54,355 nt of DNA, filler included, from Basidiobolus ranarum (GCA_040143965.1; 4 parts of 4 records of this genome joined end to end with filler, not necessarily neighbours in it), one strand, 5' to 3'. Shown: positions 1-10,793, counted from the whole stretch's first letter. The notes: a model not told the origin generated them from the sequence alone. Numbers and translations: made by a program.

Positions 1-234
1 GTAACGAGCATCAGCCCAATCAGTGCATTGGCCGTTGTCGAAGCGAAACTGAAGAGGACAGGCGTAGAGGTCAGTAAGGCCAGGGAGCTCACTTTGTAAG
101 TCAGATACTCCGGTGTTGTTAAATGTTGGAGAGCTAATGGATTTTGCGGAAGTTGGAAGAGCTTGCACGGCCAGGCCAAAGAAGCTAGAAGTAGCCAACA
201 TGGCGCTAAGCAAGACTGAGGTAACTTTAATCAT
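1..234 (-). CDS. Secreted CHAP-domain amidase, copy 1 (N-terminal part only; runs off the contig start)
   Basis: Not in the ORF track. ATG at 234 reads MIKVTSVLLSAMLATSSFFGLAVQALPTSAKSISSPTFNNTGVSDLQSELPGLTDLYACPLQFRFDNGQCTDWADARY, colinear with the 1236..1787 protein. Bases 1-111 are identical to 1554-1664. Confidence 0.9.
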   Translation of the reverse strand, partial: MIKVTSVLLSAMLATSSFFGLAVQALPTSAKSISSPTFNNTGVSDLQSELPGLTDLYACPLQFRFDNGQCTDWADARY

Positions 235-541
235 GTTTTCGAATGTGGAGTAAGACTATTGATGCCAGACTGGTGGTTCCGTATTTATATACAATCACTT
301 CCGTGGTTCGTTTCAATCCATCGTTTTCTCTTGAGATCACATCGCAATATTTACTACCAAATAAAGATTCAATCCATTTTAATCGAGTTATTCTGGTCCA
401 GAACCGATCCCATATGTGGTAAGTACTTCTTAGATCCAATATTTTTTATGTATATGGTATTTCGTAGATGGTACTTCGATCCTTCGCTTACCTATTATAG
501 CTAGTGGCTTGAAGAAAGAGGCTAGTTTAGATGTTCGTTTC

Positions 542-610
542 TAGCAGTCTAACTATCCGTGATCTGACAAATAGCAGTTTAACCGTCCGTGATCGGGCAA
601 ATAGCAGTCT
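542..610. repeat. Imperfect 30-nt tandem repeat, about 2.3 copies
   Basis: tagcagtctaactatccgtgatctgacaaa / tagcagtttaaccgtccgtgatcgggcaaa / tagcagtct. Confidence 0.85.
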
Positions 611-1235
611 CTTATTTACTTCAAAAGATTCAAATCACTATCATATCTCCACATCGTAACTTCCATTATACCATTGTGAGAATTGATTCGCCCTACACTG
701 CTAGAGCAAAAAAAACATTAGTTAAGCCTTTACAGTGACTCGTTGTTGGTATAGACATCAATATGTTTCTGTCTGTTCACATTATATTTCACTTACTTTA
801 GGTTGAACGGATTGAAATTGATTGAGGGGCAAGTCACAATCAATCGAACATATTATTGGGCTGCTTTATCAGACAATTCTATAGCTTTATTAGGCAGTTC
901 ATTCTTTTTTACTCAGAATAGAGATACGAAGTAACCAACTACTTGTATAGATCTGCATTCTACTACTATTTGCAGATGTGACGGCTGCTACCTATTTCAG
1001 ATGCTGATACACGTATTAGGTTAACAGGAAATCACAACATTTATTCATTTTCTACCTTCGGTTTAATTCTCACGTATTTTAAACGAAAAGTAGTTAAACA
1101 CGTTCATTCTAACCAGGTATAATTTATTTCTTGTTTTTACTTGTATCTAAAAAATGATGCTGTTACTTACTATAATAATGGCTATCTAACTGTACTGATT
1201 TGGCCTTTGATTTTTGAATATTTCCATAATATAGT

Positions 1236-1787
1236 CTAATATTGAACATCGTCATGCCAGATAAATGATACTCCCTCTCCTGGATAGAAGTTCACGTATG
1301 TAGTAATGTAAGGACCACCTTCTCCATCAATATAGTAGTTCCAGTCACTAGTGTAGACACTGCCGTCATCGTTGATGCTTTCTACAACCGCAACATGGCC
1401 ATACGAGTCGCAGCCTTGATATCCAGGCTGGATAGCAATGATAGAAGGAACGCGTGGCTCGTTGGAGACTACCCAACCCTCAGTGTTCATAGCACTTTCT
1501 GGCCAGGTCTTGGCGTTACCCCACCATTGAACATGGTAGCAGGTGAGTTGGTAGTAACGAGCATCAGCCCAATCAGTGCATTGGCCGTTGTCGAAGCGAA
1601 ACTGAAGAGGACAGGCGTAGAGGTCAGTAAGGCCAGGGAGCTCACTTTGTAAGTCAGATACTCCAGTATTGTTGAATGTTGGAGAACTGATAGACTTCTC
1701 TGAAGCTGGAAGAGCTTGCACAGCTAGGCCAAAGAAGCTGGCAGTAGCCAAAATTGCGCACGACAAGACGGAGGAGGCTCTAACCAT
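1236..1787 (-). CDS. Secreted CHAP-domain (Cys/His-dependent) peptidoglycan amidase/endopeptidase, copy 2
   Basis: Signal peptide followed by CHAP motifs GQCTDWA (catalytic Cys), WGNAKTW, GW-V-x3-P, YGHVAVVESINDDGSV (catalytic His) and SDWNY. Intronless, 183 aa. Confidence 0.92.
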   Translation of the reverse strand: MVRASSVLSCAILATASFFGLAVQALPASEKSISSPTFNNTGVSDLQSELPGLTDLYACPLQFRFDNGQCTDWADARYYQLTCYHVQWWGNAKTWPESAMNTEGWVVSNEPRVPSIIAIQPGYQGCDSYGHVAVVESINDDGSVYTSDWNYYIDGEGGPYITTYVNFYPGEGVSFIWHDDVQY

Positions 1788-3601
1788 TTTAGTTGTAAAA
1801 GTAATTGAATAATGAAAGCAACTCGATCAATGACGCTTTTATATTGAATTGTTTGTTACAACATCCACATTCACTGACCAATCATTCTTGATTTCTCTTT
1901 TTCTGAGCCACGTTCGAATTTCAATTTAGATTTGGGAACTGTGGAAGAGATCCCGATCCTGGTAACAATTTTCAATCGAATTTTCAATCGAATATTCAAG
2001 GGATCCACACTTGGCAGTTTTTATCGTTACTCGATGGCTGCAAATCCTCTCGCTAGCGTAAGCCTATCAAAGCATAAGGGCAAGGCTTACTTTGGTTCTG
2101 AAACTCTCCTCTAAACTCAGCATCCTAAAGTTCACAACAAGTGTGAATCTAGACTCGGTTATTTTGATCTCCAATCGAGGAATGAGATTAGCATCTAAAG
2201 GCAGTTACCGTCCCACTGTATCGGATGAGATAAGAGTAGTTAGTGACTCGCAGTATTACAATTTTTTTACCATTTTAGATTAGATAGATACCAATGTTTG
2301 ATGATCTTGAACTCCTTGAATCTGCTTACTACTTTCCTACCCTACTTCATAGTTCAAGCGGTGGGTAAGAGGTGCAGTCCATCGTTTATTATGATTAACT
2401 CTCACTAAAATTCATTGAACATGGGGAAATCTTATGTATCTGTGCAATATAAACGAAGTCTACATTTATGACTCCGTATTCGTAAAGAATTGGTAATATG
2501 TAGCTACATATATAAGCTGATTAGAGAAGTACTTTGCACCAAAAGTGCTTTGCTTTCTGAACATGGGTACTTAATAGCTTTGGTATTAGGAAATATTTCA
2601 TAAATACTGCTTGAATTTCAAATGGGTTTGTCCGCTACAATTACAAAAGTCAAAGTATGTATGTTGTTGAGTCAGCAGTAATCATTCCCACTAACAAATT
2701 GTTTTTAATACATCCACACGTTTTCTTGTACAAAGAATATTGTGGATCAACTAGGTGCTATGTTCAGTATGCATTATCCAAGTTTCAATTAGAGGTCATG
2801 TTTGCATGAATTATTGCTACGAATATCAGGTAAGCATTATTGTGAAGAAGATGCATGCTCTTTCAATAAGCCACTAGGATGCAGTAAATGTTCACAGTAG
2901 ATACTGACTCCATTTATATTATAGTTAGAAGGTCGTTGAACTCAAGCATTGCTTCTAACAGTATTAAGGTAGAAATGAACCGCTTGTTTTTAGTGTCAGT
3001 TATTATGCACACTTGGAGTATCTATAGTTGTAGTCCTCAATCAGCCCAAGGCAAACCAAATAGAGCGGATGTGATGTAAATAGTATCCGTAAGTTCACCC
3101 TTCAGTGTAAGAGAGTGTTTCTATATTGACAAAGATTTTTCATTACAGCTTAGATAGATAGCTTGCAATATTAGTACTGAAAAATAAAGGCAAATTAGCG
3201 TTCTGAATGCTTCTGTAGGATTACTGAATGATAGAAAAAAGCAATCTGGAAATTATGGCTTCTCCATCTTCATTTTTTCGGAATTGCTCAGTCAAATATC
3301 AGCCTTCCTCATTGGTCATGAATAGTGAAAGTATAAGTTCAAATTAGCGCAACTCAGTACCAGTACTGTATAAGCAGGGAAAAAACTAGCTTCCCTTGAC
3401 TAGTAGAGGAGCGCAAACCGGCCAAAGATATTCCTTAATCCTGTTATGTATGGTTATAGTTGGATCCAAGTAAACATAAACCCTGAGAAAATTTTGTTAT
3501 CATTGGAGGTAGAGATTGCCTCTTGACAACTATGCTTACATAACTGTTATGCAAACTCGGTGATATAATACCAAGCTTGAGAGTCTACCCGGAAGGTTGG
3601 G

Positions 3602-3991
3602 CTTGAGAAATATTCTAAATAAAATATGGAAATTTATAATTCGCTTGGTTAGTCGCTAAGTAGCATTAGATGTATATGAATCACAATGCCGTAGAAGAAT
3701 AATCAGTATTGCAGTGTTTATTAACTATGCACTATAAATGTAACACTACTAAGTACATAAATCCTAATTAGTTAAATCCCAAAACTTAGACCTAGTTGCT
3801 TCTTTATCGATTGCATCTCGACGTTCTGTGAGCGAGCCTTCTGTACTACTTGTAGTTGTACATATGCTACCAAGCACATAATACTGCGTGTTTGGGTGGC
3901 CCAAATTAGAAATAGAATACCAATGTCACAGCACAAACGCCGGATGGTTACGATATTCGACAACCCAAGTGTCTCGTACATCAAGGCTGGT
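3602..3991 (+). repeat. Diverged direct repeat, copy 1 (upstream region of the Cys-rich peptide gene)
   Basis: Colinear blocks shared with 4860-5199: tattaactatgcac, aaatccc-aaactta-acctagttg, gtagttgtacatatgctac, gggtggcc, aatagaataccaat. Confidence 0.85.
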
Positions 3992-4024
3992 TCCAACTTT
4001 CTCTACTGGAAACAGATGCGCCAA

Positions 4025-4032
4025 TATATAAA
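4025..4032 (+). promoter_or_regulatory. TATA box of the small Cys-rich peptide gene
   Basis: TATATAAA about 45 nt upstream of the ATG at 4074. Confidence 0.6.
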
Positions 4033-4073
4033 CTGATACTGGCCATCGTATCGTATCATATCAACCAACTATC

Positions 4074-4265
4074 ATGAAGTTCTCTCCTCTCCGTGTGATC
4101 TTAGCTGTTATTACCGTGGCAATTGCTGTCGAAGGTCAAGCCGCCTGTAGGGATGCATGTTCTAGTGCTACAACCGCCTGCCTATCCAAATGCCAAAAGG
4201 GCCAGTACAACTGTAACCTATCCTGCATCAGCTATGGTAACTCTTGTCGCGATAGGTGCACCTAA
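4074..4265 (+). CDS. Small secreted cysteine-rich peptide (8 Cys; CX3C-X6 periodicity)
   Basis: Signal peptide MKFSPLRVILAVITVAIAVEG, then a 42-aa mature part with CX3CX6CX3CX6CX3CX6CX3C. TATA upstream and AATAAA near 4309. Confidence 0.88.
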   Translation: MKFSPLRVILAVITVAIAVEGQAACRDACSSATTACLSKCQKGQYNCNLSCISYGNSCRDRCT

Positions 4266-4859
4266 ATCTATGTTGTTATAAGAGCGAAAATAATGTTACA
4301 TGACCGGAAATAAAATTCACCGTCACTTCGAAAATGTTACATATCAGATAGATCAACTGAAGTAGATCACTATTACTATGATATTAGAACTTCCTAGCTA
4401 TAAAAATAATTCAAGTGTCAAGGCGACGCAATTCAAGCAATGTACTTCATCGGTTGATATGCAGATGTAGCACTAACCCAAAGGTATACATAGCGTATTT
4501 AATATCTTGAAAGCAATGATAGAAAGAGCCTAATTAGCTTTGTAGGATTCATTACTACTTCTGCAAAGCCAAATACTGCAGCATCGCCTATGGAATGCTC
4601 CTTGACTGAAGTATATTGTTCTTCGGCAGTACGAAGTTCATCTGTTCACTATCACACTATCTCTAATTAGTCGAAAGACTCAGTAACCCAAAAGCATATC
4701 AGTAGTAATATTAATATGGGCAGATGTCTATCATCACCTGGGTACCTGCTTTGAACAGTCATGATTCTGTATAAATCAGCTTTTGGAGGCCAAATATGCT
4801 TATGATACAAAACTCGACGTTCTAGTACCTAGCAAAACCGTTTACCACGAGTGACTAGA

Positions 4860-5199
4860 CTTGAGAAGATATTCTAGAATCACTATTAGTAACTAAGTAG
4901 TATTGATTGTATGTAAACACAATGCTGTTGAGTAATAATCAGTGCTACAATGATTATTAACTATGCACCATAAATGTCACACTACCGAGTAAATATACCT
5001 TAATTAGTGAAATCCCGAAACTTACACCTAGTTGTTTACAGCTTACATACTACGAGCAAGTCTCGTAGTTGTACATATGCTACATTTTGTAGTGTGTCTG
5101 GGTGGCCAAAATTGGTAATAGAATACCAATAGCAGGGTGTAAAAGTCCAATAATGACAGTATTCCACATCCCAGGTACCATGAACATTGAAGCTTGATT
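4860..5199 (+). repeat. Diverged direct repeat, copy 2 (no gene follows)
   Basis: Homologous to 3602-3991. Similarity ends just before the position of the TATA box. Confidence 0.85.
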
Positions 5200-5987
5200 A
5201 AATTAATAATAGTATACTAAGGTCACAGCAAATCATGATGTTGCTTTGTAGAGATAAGGGATCGTTGATGTACATATTTGACATGCACTAGCACTCATAT
5301 CTGCATTCGCATTTTTTGCATTTATCTTTTCAAATGACAATATCCTTGCATTTACTCAACGTACTAACTTGATATACCTTACTTTCTTAATAACTATGCA
5401 AGATTTCTGACTTGCAGGCCGCTTTGAAGTTCTCAGCGCAAACAATCTAGTCAAACGATACAACTTCAGGTCAAAAATATTGATAGTCATAAGGTCGTAT
5501 AGATGTCATAAAGAGATCAATATTGATCATTAACTTCAAGTTGTCATATGCATTATGTTCAAGTAACACATAGCAGGGATTCCTCAATTAGCTGCATATT
5601 GATTTTAGCTTTGAACATAAAGTTCACATTGACACTGAGCTATAATTCTGTATCTAGCTTTTATCATAATAATTTGATACGGTTACATCTGGCTTTACTC
5701 TTTGTGTTTTCTATTTACATCATATGACTTTTCTCGTCATAGGAAATCCAACTTTTCTTTCCTGTATATTTATTAGCAAGTTGGGAATTCATAAAGAATG
5801 AAGTGGCTATTGGCACAGTTCATCCCACTGCGCTGCTGTTATTGTTATTTGCGTTCACCGTAATATCTGCCCTAAGCTCTTGTATGTACTACCAATGAAA
5901 TCTCAGTTAATAAGTTACAAAACCCGGATAAATTGCTATAAAATAGGAATAACCTTGTTTATTACTACCCCTATGATTTCTAAACTG

Positions 5988-7305
5988 TTACTCCGCCCCG
6001 TTGCAGTGACGTTTATCAACAAAATGCTTCATCTTGGCACCTGTTCGCCCTTTCTCTACCTGATCATAGGTAGTTGGTACGATAATAACATCCTCAGAAT
6101 GTTTTACTTCCAACAGATCCACCATTTTTTGATGCAACAACCGTAGAACACTATCAGAGACGACTCTAAAAATTACCCGAAAAGTAAGAGTATCTCGCTT
6201 CCCCGAGGTATCCTCAAATACAGCTTGCCAGTCCAATATATTCCACTCTTCTTTTTGTAGCTCTTGTTCCAACTCTAGAGGGTTGAAGTAATCCCCTTGA
6301 AAATTCACTGATTTTACTGGGTTTCTCCCATATAATCGTAATACAGCTAGACTTCGACCATTAGTCGATGCATCGCCAGAGTAGCTATGTAATGAACCCA
6401 AGTCACCAGTACAATAGCGGATCAACGGATTACGTAATCTCATCAATGAAGTCAATACGATCTCTCCCGCTTCCCCCTCTGCCACGTGAGTACCATCCTC
6501 TTTGAGAATCTCAACTATCATCATATTTTTGTCGTAAATGAAATCGGACCGCTGAGCGACATCTTGGTTAAGTTTAGCAGCCCAAACCCCTCCTTCAGCA
6601 GACCCATACACGGACGTAATGACGCTAGCTCCGAATATGGTCCTGAGATAATTTTCTTGATGCAATGGTAACACTTCCGATGAATAAAAAATCTTGTCAA
6701 AGTTTACGAATGATTGCAATCCATTCGCTTCTATATATTGTGCAAAGCTGATCATTTGCGTACACGTGCCCGATATAGCATTAGCACTAAACTGTATAGA
6801 AAGGTTTACAAGAATATCTGGGGAAGTGCTTGCACCAGCCGCGAGAGCCGTACCATGAGAGTTCTCAATTAATTCACATATTAAATCCAAGGATCTAAAG
6901 AGATTATTAAGTGGATTAGAGTGTAATCTTTTTCGTTCTTTTAAAATAAAGTTAGACTAACCTGTACATGTACCTACCGCCGTGGATCACTAGTACAATA
7001 TCTTCTTTTGTAATCACATTTTGTTCATTCATAAATCTACCCATTTCTTCCCTTTGTGCTCTGTTTTCATGAGTATCTGTGATGAAATATAACAAAGGAC
7101 CGCTGGAAGTCCCACCGGTGGGGCTGAGATAAGCAGATTGAAGAATAGACTTGTCTGCTTTGACGGCATATTGGATTTGGTTGTAGAGAGTGACTTTGTC
7201 TAGAAGAGGAATGGCTGCCAAGTCTAACTTGCTCGGGTACTGGAGCGAAGCATAGAGAGGGTGTTTAGCCCCCGAAGAAAGCACTTCTTCCAGACGGTAC
7301 AACAT
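5988..7305 (-). CDS. ANL-superfamily adenylate-forming enzyme, phenylacetate-CoA ligase (PaaK)-like; candidate amide-bond synthetase. Exons 7305-6962 and 6894-5988 (about 416 aa)
   Basis: P-loop-like SPTGGTSSGP, YGSAEGG, GEIVLTSL, PLIRYCTGDLG. A GT-AG intron at 6961-6895 joins the two ORFs in frame (YMYR-SLDL). TATA near 7336-7343 on the minus strand. Confidence 0.88.
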
Positions 7306-7599
7306 TGATGACAATATCAAGTGTATGGCCAAGTGTTTATATAGTGATGGCGAAGATTTTCAAGGTCATCAGCGATGATTTCCCTCTATACTAACACAAT
7401 GGAATCACTAGGAGATCTTTATACATATAGAGTGCTAAGACCAGTTACGCCAGGTTACACAGCATAAATTTGGTATTGAAAATATCGTAAATTGACTTGG
7501 CCATCGATACGTATTTTGTTCACTGAATCTCCTCAAACTTTAGTTAATAAAAGTGGCTCTCCAATTGCAACCTTGCCCCTGCGTGGTCGGTCCTTTTTT

Positions 7600-8169
7600 A
7601 AACAGAATGTACTCATCTTGTCCTCCTGGTGCTGATCTGTATCGAATAGGGATAAAAAACAGACCTTTTAAAATTCTAATTCGTACAAAGTATACTTTTA
7701 ACTCGGTTGCAATTTTGATTCAAAACTTCATCAAATATTTCCCCAAACTATACCCTTTCATCCTCAGAACTTCACTCGTCCTTTATCTATTTGAACTTCA
7801 TTCCAACATTCATGGATGCTATTATGCACGAAAAAGTTATCAACAAATCACTGCCCTTAGTTTGTCCATCACATATAGGACATAATATATCCAACACCGA
7901 AACCATCATTTCACACCACCAAACCCTTTCCAAATCACTTTGTGTAATAATATTCTGCATCATGTCTGAAGCACCATGACAAATCAAACAATCCATCTCC
8001 ATCTCCCCAAATCTTAAATCTTGGCTCTTCTCGAAACAGGTTGCCTACTAAACGCACGCTTAGAACCAGATGGTATAGTCTTATCCTTTATTTGATGCAG
8101 AAACGCCAAATAATGTGCCGCTCCTACCAACATAGGACTCTGTACCATGTTCCCATAAATCCCACATAT
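7600..8169 (-). pseudogene. Degraded fragment of a divergent multisubunit-type RNA polymerase (beta/RPB2 C-terminus, possibly running into beta-prime-like sequence); probable virus or linear-plasmid origin
   Basis: Minus strand reads ICGIYGNMVQSPMLVGAAHYLAFLHQIKDK...SRQPVSRRA, frameshift near 8020, then LRFGEMEMDCLICHGAS...QSD..RVWWC...CPIC...ASMNV. This parallels RPB2 [57 protein letters not shown]..AMNI. Confidence 0.85.
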
Positions 8170-8434
8170 TCCGCATCATACCAAGTATTGCCTCATCCGC
8201 TGTAAATGATATCTGATCCATTGCTGATAGCTACAAGGGTAACAGTAACGCTCACTCACGTGTGATTTATGGGGCTTGTGTCTTATATTTACTGGCTTCA
8301 CACAAACATTCATGATTGAAAGATCAATACTAAATTTGGCCTTAGCATTTTTTATGCTTATAAATTTCCACTCTGAAGCACCAAATCACACAACCAACAT
8401 TAGTGAGGATTCCATTACAAACTTGTGAATTGAA

Positions 8435-10705
8435 ATGTCGTTTTACCAGGTGCTCCCTTCTCCTTACGTGTCTCATCAAGAATATTGCCAAGAGCAGAGA
8501 AAACTCTTGATAGCTTCCGATAGTGACTGGCCATACTCTATCCACCTGTTAGCGAATCCGTACCCTATCTTTTGTCCTGCACATAGGATGCAAGAGATGA
8601 AGAACTTGCAATCTGCCATCCATGAGGGGCTACATCTTATTATCGATTCGTGGTGGAGCGAGCCGGAATTTTATAACGCAATACCAGTGCCGGCAAAATT
8701 AGAAAACGTATTAAAGAGGCTGGCCATCCATAGACCGTATGAGGTAGGATCTTACCGACCCGATTTCCTTGTACCCGAAGACGACAATGCGCCTATACAA
8801 GTATGCGAAATAAACTGCCGATTCATGTTCAATGGATTTCTAATGGCGCAATACGTTCAGAAATCCATTGAACCTTGGATTGATGGTCAAATATTTGGTG
8901 CCGTTGAAGGAAGCGCCAATGATAATGTAAGTTCAGAAATTTATCCAATTCAAATAAGAGACTCTCAGTAACATTTTTACAGATTCCATCGCAGTTTCTG
9001 CAGCTATTTGATCCCGCCAAGCCCCTGGTTCTTATTAAGGGACGTGAACAAGGATACAGCATACACCTTTTCCAAAGGTGGTTTAAAAATTCGCGGTTTG
9101 CCGATCCTTCTGAGTTGGCTATTGTTCCTGATCCTACTTCAGCAACCGGGTATCAATTAGTTGATCGAGTGGGTGTAATTGAGCAATGTGCGCTGGAACT
9201 CCACCAAGCCGAGTTGGAAGCATTGGACGATGATCTTTTGTTTGAATTGGGAATGAGATGCTTCAACGATTTAAGAACTGTCACCTTGGCTCATGACAAA
9301 CGAATGCTGGCATTACTACAGAGCGATAAGCTTAGATTGCTTGGATTATCTGATTCTCATCACCAAGTGTTACGCGATGGCATTGCGCCAACATTTTTAC
9401 CAACGGATGAACAATTCCACATAGCAGCAACGGAGAATCACTTTGATCCCAATGACTGGCTACTAAAAGCTTGTCGACTCGGTAAAGGAGAGGGAATTGT
9501 GTTCGGAAGCGATGCTAGTAAAGAGGAATGGCAAGCTTTAGCCAAATCTCAACTGGAATTGCATATCCCGGATAATTTCCGCAATTTGGGTAGTTTTGAA
9601 ACACCAGTGTATATCCTACAACGTCGAATTAAACAAAAAATATTTCGTTTATTGATATCCAACGAGGGCTCAAAGGATCCGAAAACGTGCCACTGGTCCG
9701 TTGTTGGCACATTTCCGTGCATCAATGATACTTTCCTTGGAGCAGTTCCATGGCGGTCCTCTTCTGGAGATATTATTGCTGTATCTCGAAATGGAACGTG
9801 GTTTCCAGGCGTGACTCCCAATGGAGGGTATAGCCAAGTGGAACCTAAATATTCGAAAAAGAAATCATGGGAAGTTCCGAAAAGTGCCAAGCTCACCACA
9901 GCTGGGGTATTACCATCTCTATCAGAAATCTCGGAAGTTCAAACGGCATTAAAGAAGCACGGTTTCGCGTTAATTAAGCTAACTGAACCTGATCCTGAAA
10001 GTAGTTATGTTCTGTCAGTAGCAGAAGCCATTGGAGTACCCATTGAGCACTCTTCAACTCATGGCCCTTTGTGGGATATCAAGCCCATAGCAGGAGGATT
10101 AGCTCGATCGCAGACAGATAAAGAGTTTGAGTGGCATACGGTAAGTTATGAAAGTGTTAATGTAAGATCGTATTAGCATAAAACTGAATCCTGGTCAATT
10201 TGAAATTTTATAGGACTGCTCTTATGTGCCAGAGCCACCACGCTACTTCGGGTTGCATGTTCTTCATTCTGATAAGATGGGAGGAGGTACCTTACAGTTG
10301 TTACGCGTTTCCACATTATTGGAATCTCTGTCGGCATCAGTGCTGGCAACTTTATCTCGGAATGATGCGTTTCGTATAATGGTTCCTCAAGAGTTCTACA
10401 GTGGTACCTCCAACATCATCGCATCACTGATAAGTTCGGATATTGATGAAGGGTACTTGATGCGTTTTCGGAGGGATATCATTGAGCCATTAGATTCCGA
10501 AGCTAGAGAAGCTTTACAACAACTTGAGCTAGCATTAATTCGTGCCGAAGAAGATTTTGTCCACTCATTAACTAGTGAGGTCATGGATGATTCCACAGTT
10601 TTGATTGTAGATAATTGCAAGTGGCTACACTCACGTACTGGAGTGAAGGATCAGAACCGTTGGTTGCGACGAGTAAGGTTCGAATCAAAACCCAATCAAT
10701 CGTAA
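8435..10705 (+). CDS. Fusion of an ATP-grasp-like (glutathione/glutathionylspermidine synthetase-type) ligase and a C-terminal TauD/clavaminate-synthase-like Fe(II)/2-oxoglutarate dioxygenase. Exons 8435-8926, 8983-10140, 10214-10705 (about 713 aa)
   Basis: N part: YRPDFL, VCEINCRF, NDLRT..LAHDKRML, WLLKACRLGKGEGIVFG, YILQRRI. C part: HTD facial motif formed across intron 2 (WHT-DCSY), GGGTL, IVDNCKWLHSR, RWLRRVR. Both GTAAGT..AG introns are phase 0 and keep the frame. TATAAA at 8359. Confidence 0.9.
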
Positions 10706-10793
10706 GCCAATACAGGAATGTTACCAACAGTCATTTGCTGACATAGAAGCAAGAAAATAGGCAAGATGCATATATAAGCAAATTTAATCTAAT

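Noticed and set aside
7787-8002. 71-aa ORF as a functional small Cys-rich or zinc-finger gene
   Set aside because: It is the post-frameshift part of the RNA polymerase relic and starts inside the GEME motif.
9549-9899. Antisense or alternate-frame ORFs over real genes (also 1395-1652, 12687-13055, 24614-25039, 30001-30312, 32542-32988, 33690-34316, 44691-45426)
   Set aside because: They are shadows of the coding strand, with no independent motifs.
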